A stretch of 64,000 nucleotides of DNA from contig DHPR01000011.1 in NCBI GenBank assembly GCA_002410925.1, forward strand, positions 11,676 through 75,675, given 5' to 3'. Under the pieces are notes generated by a model. That model was not told the DNA's origin and ran no database searches. It was given only the letters and a program-made list of their open reading frames with translations. Below are positions 1 through 8,602 of the stretch, in pieces. Numbering within the stretch: position 1 is the stretch's first letter; each line of letters starts with the position of its first letter. Both the position numbers and the translations under genes were made by a program. Source of the DNA: a bacterium UBP13_UBA5359 (GTDB lineage Bacteria > UBP13 > UBA5359).

Positions 1-77
1 GACTGAACCGGTATCTTCTCTCCACAGCTGCACGTTATGGTCGTCTTGACGACCTTAGGATGTATTCCCGTTTTCAT
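1..77 (-). CDS. rpmE: 50S ribosomal protein L31, first 26 codons only (gene runs off the left edge)
   Basis: Not in the ORF track. The reverse strand from the ATG at 77 reads MKTGIHPKVVKTTITCSCGEKIPVQS, the canonical L31 N-terminus with a CxC zinc motif. A purine-rich SD-like GAGGAAAGAGGG lies just upstream. Confidence 0.75.
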   Translation of the reverse strand, partial: MKTGIHPKVVKTTITCSCGEKIPVQ

Positions 78-174
78 GATTCAACCCTCTTTCCTCTTCC
101 ACCTTGCCTTTAGCATGGAAATCAAGCCTTATGCTATAGCGCGACAAGACCGATTTTCAAATGAAAGCTATAGT

Positions 175-204
175 ATTCTACCATATATGCCCGCTACCCT
201 TCAA
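175..204 (-). promoter_or_regulatory. Candidate sigma-70-type promoter for rpmE (TTGAAG - 18 nt - TGgTAGAAT, extended -10)
   Basis: Hexamers read on the reverse strand about 95 nt upstream of the rpmE ATG. By-eye match only. Confidence 0.3.
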
Positions 205-215
205 TAAGCCGGGTT

Positions 216-1076
216 TTATTTTACCGCCGCAACTCTCTTCTTATCCAAGCGCTGTTTTTTTATAAAGTGGTCAAGCTGAAGCCTGGTCATTTTAGGAACT
301 TTACGGCTGTTATACTCTATACCTGCCGCCCTGACAGCATTAATCCAACCCCCGAAATAACGCTTCTTCTGCGTGGCCGCATAGAGTGCGGGATAACGCT
401 TCAGAATGTATGTGCTGCGCAAGCTCTCGCCGTCTTCATGAAGCGCTTTGATTTTATTTAGAATCTTATCCCTGGTCCAATGCTCACGCTTGCGAATCTT
501 ATCGTAATCGAGACCTACATGATTTATGGCTTTTTCCCAGCTGCCGAATCTCTTGCGCGCAGCACTAATCAGAGGCTGGTGAGATATATCCATCTGCTTG
601 GAACTGAGATCTTTACCGGCACGATGCAGCTGAAGAATGGCCTCCTCTATTTCGCTCTGACTCCAGGTCTTCTGCCTGGCAATGGCATCATAATCAAGCC
701 CGGCTTCCTCTATGGCATTCTTCCAGGATTCAAAGTGCCGGCTGGCAGCATAGGTGATGCGTGAAAGCTCCTTATCGGCCACCATATTCCTGAGGCTGAG
801 ATCGTAGCCCTCTTTGTAAAGCTCCTTGATCTTGCTCACGATTTTATCAGCATCCCAAGAAGCAACACGACGTATGGCGCTGTAATCAAGACCGATAAAT
901 TCAACAGCTTCCTGCCATCCGCCGAAGTATCTGCTGGCAGCTGCCAGCAGATAGCCGTATTCCTGCCGCATAGAAGTCCAACTAAGATCCTGCCCCATCT
1001 CATGTAAACGTTTTATTTCAGCCGCTATTATAGACCTTGTCCAAATTTTTCTGGGCATGCAATTTCCCTCCCGCAA
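216..1076 (-). CDS. Protein made of four tandem ~63-aa homing-endonuclease-associated (HNH-repeat-like) repeats plus a basic C-terminal tail; no nuclease domain
   Basis: Four units follow the pattern W-x3-I-x3-I-x2-L-x3-G-x-(D/S)-LS ... (R)(Y/H/R)FG(G/S)W-x2-A(I/V)-x3-G(L/I)(D/E)Y. Examples: WTRSII...YFGGWQEAVEFIGLDY, WDADKI...HFESWKNAIEEAGLDY, WSQSEI...RFGSWEKAINHVGLDY, WTRDKI...YFGGWINAVRAAGIEY. Confidence 0.6.
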   Translation of the reverse strand: MREGNCMPRKIWTRSIIAAEIKRLHEMGQDLSWTSMRQEYGYLLAAASRYFGGWQEAVEFIGLDYSAIRRVASWDADKIVSKIKELYKEGYDLSLRNMVADKELSRITYAASRHFESWKNAIEEAGLDYDAIARQKTWSQSEIEEAILQLHRAGKDLSSKQMDISHQPLISAARKRFGSWEKAINHVGLDYDKIRKREHWTRDKILNKIKALHEDGESLRSTYILKRYPALYAATQKKRYFGGWINAVRAAGIEYNSRKVPKMTRLQLDHFIKKQRLDKKRVAAVK

Positions 1077-1325
1077 ACTTCGCTATCATCGCAATGGATA
1101 TCAAGCCTCGGCCAATGATTGAAATAGTTATTTCAATGCATTCGTGGCTATCGTTGTCCTTACTATTTTAATAGCTTTACTGATATGGAAGAACCTTCCA
1201 CCACCAAAATAGCTACGCCGGTGGTGAATATCCTATAAAATATTATCATCTCATAGAAGCTCTGTCAAACAAATACCGGTGCTTAAGCAACAGCAAAATT
1301 ATGGAGAGATATGTTGTTCAAAAGG

Positions 1326-2036
1326 TTATCTGCTAAAAAAACTAAGGATTACGCTCGGCTCGCGTATGAAGAGCTTGCCGCCCACATTTGCAGATTCCGT
1401 ATCAAGATGGCGATCGATAATAAAGGCCCTGCCAATGCCTGCCGCCAGCGGAACATCACCGTCTTCGTTCTCGTTATCGCCGATGGTGGCTATCCTCTTC
1501 GGCTCGATACCTGACTGCGCAACGGCTCGCAGCCAGAACTCCCGCAGGGATTTCTGCCCTCTCAGATTATTGGTACCCAGAATACGTCTGAAACAGGGCG
1601 CCGACCAACCGTCACTAAGTCCTGCTCGTCTCAGCTTATAAATACAGCCGACAATGGGATTGTTGCTGGCAATGAAGAGCTTCTTACCCAGACCATGCAA
1701 GGCCCTTACGGTTGCCACAGTATCCTGATAGACGGAAAGATTTTCGTCATGCCACTGACAAATCCTCTCCCATGTTCTGACCGTGGGCAAATGAAATTCG
1801 GCCATAAAATCGGGGTAATCCCACCATATTATCTCGCCGGCCAGGCCTTCAATACTCTTTCCTGCTACGGCGGGATCCCAGCCCTCTTCCACCATTACGT
1901 CCCTGATAACAGCCAGAATAGGATTTCCTCGGATCAATTGCTCTTGCGAATAATCCTTTTCCGGGCAGTTATCAATGAGAGTGCCGTCTATATCCACGAA
2001 AAAGCCCTCGAAATCCCATGGTTTATCTATCGGCAA
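1326..2036 (-). CDS. HAD-superfamily hydrolase/phosphatase
   Basis: Motif I is FFVDIDGTLID. The late motif IGDNENEDGD is also present. There is a 14-nt overlap with the upstream ORF. Confidence 0.75.
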   Translation of the reverse strand: MPIDKPWDFEGFFVDIDGTLIDNCPEKDYSQEQLIRGNPILAVIRDVMVEEGWDPAVAGKSIEGLAGEIIWWDYPDFMAEFHLPTVRTWERICQWHDENLSVYQDTVATVRALHGLGKKLFIASNNPIVGCIYKLRRAGLSDGWSAPCFRRILGTNNLRGQKSLREFWLRAVAQSGIEPKRIATIGDNENEDGDVPLAAGIGRAFIIDRHLDTESANVGGKLFIREPSVILSFFSR

Positions 2037-4032
2037 CTATAATCTCTCCCTTCCACTCCCTGCCGTCGACAAAGGCTGTCATCCCTTTAACCATTTCTGC
2101 GGCCGCCTCTCCATGACAAAAGATCTCCAGACAGGCAACACCTATACGTATATCCACTATGCGTTTGCTCTTGTCTGCAGGCACCGCCAGGCAACGATCC
2201 GTGGCATAAATCATAACCAGCTCTCCAGGATGAATGAATAAAGGTATCTTCTCATTAACTCCCACGGTGATATTGGCCTGGTGCAAACAACCGGGATCGG
2301 TGTTCAGAATATAGATCACCCGCAAATCGTTCTCTCGGTATACGGCAAAACGTACTAGATCACTGGTCTCTATCATGACATCTCCCTGCCAGGCAGCTGA
2401 GAAAAAATCCAGCAGATCGGCATAAAAACGTCTCAGCCCTCGGCAGCCGGGAAATTCGGTGCTGTTGACCAGAAAGGATGCTCCTTTATCGCATTGCTTG
2501 ACCGTCAGAATCGGACTACCGTCCAAAGACTCCAGGTTATCGCTGAAGCTGTCGGAGGCAGCAGCTATGATCTCGGCTCCATCCAGGGCTAGGGCAGCCA
2601 TAGGGAATCCGCCGTCGTCATATTTGGGATCACTCTTCACCGTCCATAAAGGGAAGTGGTAATTGCCGACGGATGGCTGACGCAGGAACTTTATGCCCCA
2701 GTTGTTCCGCAGGCCATCTTTCGGCACAGCTCTGACGCCAAAGAGCTCCCGTAGATCACCGCCGTTAATCAAGGATATCGGTGTGTCTCTTCTAGTCCGG
2801 GTATCCAGATGGGCCAGCGTCGCCAGAAGATGCCCTCCCTGCCTGACATACGCCAGCATCTTTTCATAGAGTTCCGGGGTCATGGTATTCCATCCCAAAA
2901 AGATCAGACAGTCATACTCCTGCATCAGTGACAGCGGGCTTTCAGATGGAATAATGTCCGCCTGCCCCAGCGGCGGATTGCCGGATAGGTCCTGATCTCC
3001 ATATCTGTAACGGAACTCCCACGGCCTTTTTTTATAAAGAACATTGAACAGTTCCCAGGATTCTTCAGCAGTGCCGGATGGAACCCCATTCTCTCCGCGC
3101 TGCCCCCAAACGCAGGATTGCCCCTGAGCAAAGCTATCCAGGTTGCCTTGCACAAAGGCTATACGAGCCTCGGGAAAGCCGGACGGCCGCGGGTTGGATT
3201 TCGCAAACCCGGCCAGCCCGGCCAATTCACGGCGAAAGGCTTTAACTTCCGGCGCATCGGTTGATAGATCCTTTCCCAGGGCTTTGTAATCCATAAGGCC
3301 ATGCTCTGCGTAGATGGGATCGGCGCCGCGCATAAAGGTATGATAAAGCGAAACTCTCCAACGATGCCGCCACAGATCGTCGTGTTCGTTGCCGCCATAC
3401 CATACCATGGCCATGTCGGCACCAAAATGGCCTTTGCCGTAGGCCAGAGTTGCACCCTTAACGGCGGAATGATAGAGCTCGTTGAAGCGATCGTAGGTGA
3501 CCTCCAGATCTACTCGGTCAATGCCGGCCCGATAGAGATATCTAGCTACGGCCGAGGCCTCTATGCAAATCAACGGATGCCGAACAATAGTCTGCTCTGC
3601 CCTGGCGATGGAATCTCTCAGCTTGCTTATAAAGTATCCTTCCGCCTCGGCGGCACAGGCAGTGGGTGGTATGGCATTGGGAGAGCCTTTGATAGTGCTC
3701 TCCGGCCAGTATAGTCCCAGGCCGCCGTATTCGCACATGAAGAGAGTGCCGTCATAAGCTTCGCCAGCTTCGGCTATCAGTCTATCCATCTCTTGCGGCG
3801 TGATCATAGCATAGTTCTCCCGCAGGACATCCCGCAGCCGGCTCCACATCTCATCCATGACGAACTTTATCTTATGCTCCCTGCAAAAGGCTATTACCCG
3901 ACACAACACCTCCACGGGCCACGGCCCGACAAAGAGAACCGTATAATCCCCCAAGCCCTCGTCTCGGATGCGTTCAAGCGTGCTTATCTCATAGGATGCC
4001 TCGCTCATGCCTCCGACTGAAACACGTTTCAT
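2023..4032 (-). CDS. Uncharacterised 669-aa cytoplasmic protein, possibly glycoside-hydrolase-like (weak resemblance to GH42-type TIM barrel plus amidotransferase-like middle domain)
   Basis: Long intact ORF with no signal peptide. The segment YDCLIFLGWNTMTPELYEKMLAYVRQGGHLLATLAHLD resembles the GH42 trimerisation/GATase1-like module. The function is not recognised. Confidence 0.45.
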   Translation of the reverse strand: MKRVSVGGMSEASYEISTLERIRDEGLGDYTVLFVGPWPVEVLCRVIAFCREHKIKFVMDEMWSRLRDVLRENYAMITPQEMDRLIAEAGEAYDGTLFMCEYGGLGLYWPESTIKGSPNAIPPTACAAEAEGYFISKLRDSIARAEQTIVRHPLICIEASAVARYLYRAGIDRVDLEVTYDRFNELYHSAVKGATLAYGKGHFGADMAMVWYGGNEHDDLWRHRWRVSLYHTFMRGADPIYAEHGLMDYKALGKDLSTDAPEVKAFRRELAGLAGFAKSNPRPSGFPEARIAFVQGNLDSFAQGQSCVWGQRGENGVPSGTAEESWELFNVLYKKRPWEFRYRYGDQDLSGNPPLGQADIIPSESPLSLMQEYDCLIFLGWNTMTPELYEKMLAYVRQGGHLLATLAHLDTRTRRDTPISLINGGDLRELFGVRAVPKDGLRNNWGIKFLRQPSVGNYHFPLWTVKSDPKYDDGGFPMAALALDGAEIIAAASDSFSDNLESLDGSPILTVKQCDKGASFLVNSTEFPGCRGLRRFYADLLDFFSAAWQGDVMIETSDLVRFAVYRENDLRVIYILNTDPGCLHQANITVGVNEKIPLFIHPGELVMIYATDRCLAVPADKSKRIVDIRIGVACLEIFCHGEAAAEMVKGMTAFVDGREWKGEIIVADR

Positions 4033-4095
4033 CTAAACCTCCTGCCTGTCTGTTTCGGCTTTCTTACAGTACGCCCGATAGCGTTACCTTTTGAG

Positions 4096-4854
4096 TTATT
4101 CACCATTATTACTCTTGAATTTTTTTGTTTCAACCTTGATGCTCTCTATGGCCTTATCGGCGCTGATCATATTCAGCCTGACCTTGTCCAGCTCCGGATA
4201 TAATACTTGAGATTGCCAGGCAGAGAACCAGGTGAACCTGGCAGAGCTGGGAACGAATTCATCTATGTATTTATAGAAGGCCTGGTAGTTCTTATCAGGT
4301 GAAGAGAAGCGCCGTTCCGCAACCAGCTTATCTGCCGGTATAGCAAGCTTGCCTCCGGCCAGAATCTCCGCACCCGGGCCATAGGCGGCAAATTTAACGA
4401 ATTCCCATGCCTGACGAGGATACTTTGTCCGGTTATATACCACCAGCACGCCGGAGCCTTCTATTACTTTGCGCTCTCCATCCTTATTCACGGGCACCGG
4501 GGCCAGATCCCACTCAAAGGCGCTGATATCCTTCAGGGTAGACAGTGTCCATGATGAAGCTACCAGCATAGCCAATCTGCCAGTCATGAAGAACTCCAAT
4601 TCGCTGCGGTAGGCATTCGGCAGCTCAGCCGCTGAAGGTGCTACCTTGTACTTATTGCGCATATCATTGACAAAAGTGACAGCCTCTCTGACCTGCCGGC
4701 TGTCACCCGTAAAATTGCCCCGAGCATCGAACCACGCTCCACCCCAATAACCAACGGCCGGGCCTATGCCAGGGGGTATTGAGCCATAACTTACAATTCG
4801 GCCATTCTTCCTGACAGTAAGGGTCCTAGCTGCCCTCTCACCCTTCACCCGCAC
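4096..4854 (-). pseudogene. C-terminal ~60% of a family-1 extracellular solute-binding protein (sugar ABC type), lacking signal peptide and N-lobe
   Basis: The sequence is typical of the second half of sugar SBPs (RLAMLVASSWTLSTL, WDLAPVPV, GSGVLVVYNRTKYPRQAWEFVKF). It begins mid-domain. No lipobox or signal peptide is present, and no permease or ATPase gene is nearby. Confidence 0.55.
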
Positions 4855-4875
4855 AACATCACTCGGAAAAATATT

Positions 4876-6303
4876 CTACTTGCCCATCTCTACCACCTTG
4901 CCCGGATTGAGAATATTATCCGGGTCAAGCGCTTTTTTGATGGCCGTCATCAGATCGAGATTAGCGGCAGGCGACATCGCTTCCAGATGGTCTCTCTTGG
5001 CCAGCCCTATGCCGTGTTCCCCTGAAATCACTCCGCCACGAGCAGCGGCATCAGCAAAAAGATCCCGCCGGACCTGCTCATGCATCTCTCGCCATCCGGG
5101 CAGATCTTCACCAATAATTCCATCATCCAGGCGGCAGCGCAGTGAATGAGTGTGGACATTGCCGTCGGCTGCGTGACCGTAGGTGGGAAGCGATATGTTA
5201 TACCGAGCTTCCAATTCATGAATAAAACCGATGTGTCCGGCTATTTCAGACCTGGGAACGCAGATGTCGAAGAGTTCTACCGTGCCGGGACGCAACGCTT
5301 CATAAAGCATGCTGCGCAGTTCCAGTATATCGGCCTGGCGGCTGTCATCCTCTGCCAGCAGCATATCCAGAGCTCCGCCGGCCTCAGCTATGGCAGCCAG
5401 ATCCTCTGCCTGCCCCAGCACTTCATCCTCACTGCGCCCATCCAGAATAAGCATCAGCGAGGCCGCCCCGTCACGAGCCGGCCAGCTTCTATCGAGCAGC
5501 CTTTCTGCACAGCGTATTACGGAGTGCTCCAGAAATTCCACAGCACACGGTATAATATCTGCTTTGAGTATCTTCGGCACAACGGAAACGGCCTCTGCTA
5601 CGCCGGCAAAGGGAGCTACCAGAGTCTTGCTTACACTTGGAGGCGGCAGCAGGGATATTGTAACCCTGGTGATTATACCCAGTGTGCCTTCAGAGCCGAT
5701 CATCAGATCCAATAAATTGTAGCCGGAGCTGGATTTAATAAACTTGCCCCCCAGATTTGCTATTCTACCGTCAGCCAGAACAACCTGAAGTCCGATAACA
5801 TATCGCTTCACCGTACCGTACTTGACGGCGCGTGCGCCACCTGCGTTGGCGGCTGCGGCACCACCGATAAAGGCTCCTTCATCTCCCGGATGAGGCGGGA
5901 AGAAGAGCTTCATCTCCTTTACATGCTGATAAAGATCATGCAGAGTCATGCCCGCCTGGACGGTAATGGTATGATTATCCGAATCAGCATCCACAACGCC
6001 ATTCAATCTATTCAGACTGAGCACGACTCCACCTGCCGCAGGGACGCACCCGGCAGAGAGACCCGTTCCTCCTCCGCGAGCAGTCAAAGGTATTTTCATC
6101 TCCGCACACAACCTGACGATAGCCGACGTTTCCTCTTCTGACCCGGGGCGAACAACAGCTGCCGGCATACAGGCAAACTCTTCCATGGCGTATTCATCGC
6201 GAGAAAAGGGCTCGATATCCTCAAAAGATATCAATACATTTTCACTTCCTACGATATTTTCAGCTCGCTCGATCCATTTTTCAATATTTGGCCGAGTAGT
6301 CAT
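4876..6303 (-). CDS. FAD-linked oxidase, GlcD / D-lactate (D-2-hydroxyacid) dehydrogenase family
   Basis: The FAD_binding_4-type N-domain (TARGGGTGLSAG) is present. The C-terminal GGVISGEHGIGLAKR motif is typical of the GlcD family. Confidence 0.85.
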   Translation of the reverse strand: MTTRPNIEKWIERAENIVGSENVLISFEDIEPFSRDEYAMEEFACMPAAVVRPGSEEETSAIVRLCAEMKIPLTARGGGTGLSAGCVPAAGGVVLSLNRLNGVVDADSDNHTITVQAGMTLHDLYQHVKEMKLFFPPHPGDEGAFIGGAAAANAGGARAVKYGTVKRYVIGLQVVLADGRIANLGGKFIKSSSGYNLLDLMIGSEGTLGIITRVTISLLPPPSVSKTLVAPFAGVAEAVSVVPKILKADIIPCAVEFLEHSVIRCAERLLDRSWPARDGAASLMLILDGRSEDEVLGQAEDLAAIAEAGGALDMLLAEDDSRQADILELRSMLYEALRPGTVELFDICVPRSEIAGHIGFIHELEARYNISLPTYGHAADGNVHTHSLRCRLDDGIIGEDLPGWREMHEQVRRDLFADAAARGGVISGEHGIGLAKRDHLEAMSPAANLDLMTAIKKALDPDNILNPGKVVEMGK

Positions 6304-6329
6304 TTCGCTTTTTCCCCCTTGTTTATTCG

Positions 6330-7637
6330 TTAGTTTTCCTCCTTGATATAAGGTATGGTCATCGGTCCCTCCGGCAAAACGGCTATGGAAGAACGGCCTC
6401 CCAGCTCATCCATCTCTGCTGCCAGGCGTATTTCAATATTTTCAACCGCTTCCATATATGCCTGTGATACCTCATGTGCCTCCAGACCGGAATAGAGAGC
6501 TATCCGAGCTCGGGAAGCTATAATTGCCAATAGTTGTGCCTCCCACTGATCGAGCATGCCCTCTTTCGAAATCCTTACTTGAGCTAACAAATCCTCCGGA
6601 GAGCTATGAGTTGTCAACAGGCTCTTGAAATTGCCGTGATCCGGGAAACCATCACGGCACTCAGCGGCACATAGTATAAGCCCCCCTGAACGAACAATCC
6701 TGCCGGCTGCCGACATACCTTTTACCGTCTGATAAAGATTCTGATCCAGCGGATAACCGCCGTTGGTGGTTATCACTATATCGTAATGATCGGGAACAGA
6801 TACCATGGCGCTTTCACGACAAAAACGGCAGGCCTCTTCATGACAGGCTATCGGTTCTCCGGCAAACAATCCGGTGATATGACGATCACGGTTCAAAGTT
6901 ACGTTGATGCAAAAATCCGCCGGCTGCAAAGCACCGCATTCTCTGATCATGTTCTGGGTAGGATTGCCATCAAGCATACCCCAGGTGGAGCGAGAATGAT
7001 CGATCATTTCAGCTCCGTGAAAGTATATGATATCCTCTATGCCGAGTATCCCCGGGCAGACGGCTTTGTATCCCCCAGAAAATCCGGCCATAAAATGCGG
7101 CTCAACAAAACCTAATAGAATGCGTTTATCCGCCCGAATATATTCACGATTCATCCTTATGCAACGTCCTCCGCGAAGTCGACCGGCACTGTCCAGCTTA
7201 TCCGCTTTGAAAGCATCGTGATTGACGACGTGATATCGGCTGATTATCTCCCGCCCCAGCATAGCTGCCATCTCATCTGAATTACAGGCTCGGTGTGACC
7301 CGGTACCGATGATTATCGTTAATCTATCAGGCGATACATGCCCCATCTCTTTCATCAGCCAGGGTATGACCCTGTTACCGGGGAAAGGCCTTGTAATATC
7401 AGGTATTACTACCGCCACGTTCTCTTCAGAGGAGATCATTTCTCTAAGCGGCAATGAGCCTGAGGGAGCTCTGACAGCCTTGCTGAAGGCCTCTCTTTCG
7501 TCAGGTAATCCGGCGGTATATACGGGTTCGATAACGTTGATATCGGTATCTGGCAGATTTACCATCAGATGGCCGCCACCATATTTTAACGCTACTCTCA
7601 TTTTTCCTCTCACTATTTCAAAGGTATTTTCCCGCAA
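6330..7637 (-). CDS. larA: LarA-family nickel-pincer-dependent 2-hydroxyacid racemase/epimerase
   Basis: The motifs IIIGTGSHR and EPHFMAGFSGGYK match the catalytic His and the cofactor-tethering Lys regions of lactate racemase. The size (435 aa) is typical. Confidence 0.8.
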   Translation of the reverse strand: MRENTFEIVRGKMRVALKYGGGHLMVNLPDTDINVIEPVYTAGLPDEREAFSKAVRAPSGSLPLREMISSEENVAVVIPDITRPFPGNRVIPWLMKEMGHVSPDRLTIIIGTGSHRACNSDEMAAMLGREIISRYHVVNHDAFKADKLDSAGRLRGGRCIRMNREYIRADKRILLGFVEPHFMAGFSGGYKAVCPGILGIEDIIYFHGAEMIDHSRSTWGMLDGNPTQNMIRECGALQPADFCINVTLNRDRHITGLFAGEPIACHEEACRFCRESAMVSVPDHYDIVITTNGGYPLDQNLYQTVKGMSAAGRIVRSGGLILCAAECRDGFPDHGNFKSLLTTHSSPEDLLAQVRISKEGMLDQWEAQLLAIIASRARIALYSGLEAHEVSQAYMEAVENIEIRLAAEMDELGGRSSIAVLPEGPMTIPYIKEEN

Positions 7638-7761
7638 CAGCTTCAGACGTTGCAGCTTTTATCAGCCACGCCCCCAAATTCCTGCTGCCGATTCGCAGAT
7701 AGCTCAAGCTATTGTAGATTGTATACATTACCGTATGGAGCCTTATCGGCCTATATAGTTC

Positions 7762-8442
7762 TTAGGACTCCGCTTTTAAAGTTTTCATTATATTGCTTCT
7801 GGTATGAAGAATATGCTCCCTCATGGCTTCTGCCGCCGCCGTTACATCTCTCTTTTCAAGAGCCTCTATGATTTGTATATGCTCTTCAAGAGCCTGCCTG
7901 ATCTGTTTATCCTCTCTGGCTATGACGGTAGTCCTGAAGAAATTAACCATGTTACCCAGAGATTCTATGGTTGCAGCCAGGCGTTTGTTACCGGAATGCT
8001 CGGCAATGCAGTAGTGAAATTCCCGGTCAAAAGCATGGCTTCCTTCATTATGGCCTGATATTATCTCCTGGCGGCTCTTCTCAGCTTCGATCCTGAGTTC
8101 CTTGATAATGGCCTTCGGTATCCGCAGCGTTGCCAGAGTTACAGCCAGCTCCTCCAGAACTGCTCTGATATCGTAAATCTCAACTACATCCTGCAACTCC
8201 AGTTTCTTGACATACATGCCTTTTCGCGGAAGAAGCTCCACCAGTTCATCCTTGGCCAGAGACTTCATCGCTTCTCTGACCGGCGTCCGGCTGACACCCA
8301 GTTGCCGTGCTACCTCCTCTTCAGTAAGGCGGTCCCCGGGAGCCAGCTTCCCGGTGAGGATCTGCTCTGTTATGATCTCGTATATTCGATGATCTATATT
8401 GGTATGCTCTATTTGCGACAGATTAAATGACATGGCAACCAC
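7762..8442 (-). CDS. GntR-family (FadR/FCD subfamily) transcriptional regulator
   Basis: The N-terminal wHTH reads LTEEEVARQLGVSRTPVREAMKSLAKDELVELLPRKGMYV. The C-terminal domain is helical and FCD-like. Confidence 0.85.
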   Translation of the reverse strand: MVAMSFNLSQIEHTNIDHRIYEIITEQILTGKLAPGDRLTEEEVARQLGVSRTPVREAMKSLAKDELVELLPRKGMYVKKLELQDVVEIYDIRAVLEELAVTLATLRIPKAIIKELRIEAEKSRQEIISGHNEGSHAFDREFHYCIAEHSGNKRLAATIESLGNMVNFFRTTVIAREDKQIRQALEEHIQIIEALEKRDVTAAAEAMREHILHTRSNIMKTLKAES

Positions 8443-8602
8443 CCAGCTTTAATTGTGCATTGTATACAACATTCGACGTTATCAGAAAAGTTCCTCTTTT
8501 CCTTTACAGCTTGCATAAAGCATCGCAAGTTGAACCGGGGCGACAGCCGCCATAGAAAGATGTCCGAGAAAACTAAGCGCTAGAAGCAGCGATTAGTTGC
8601 CG

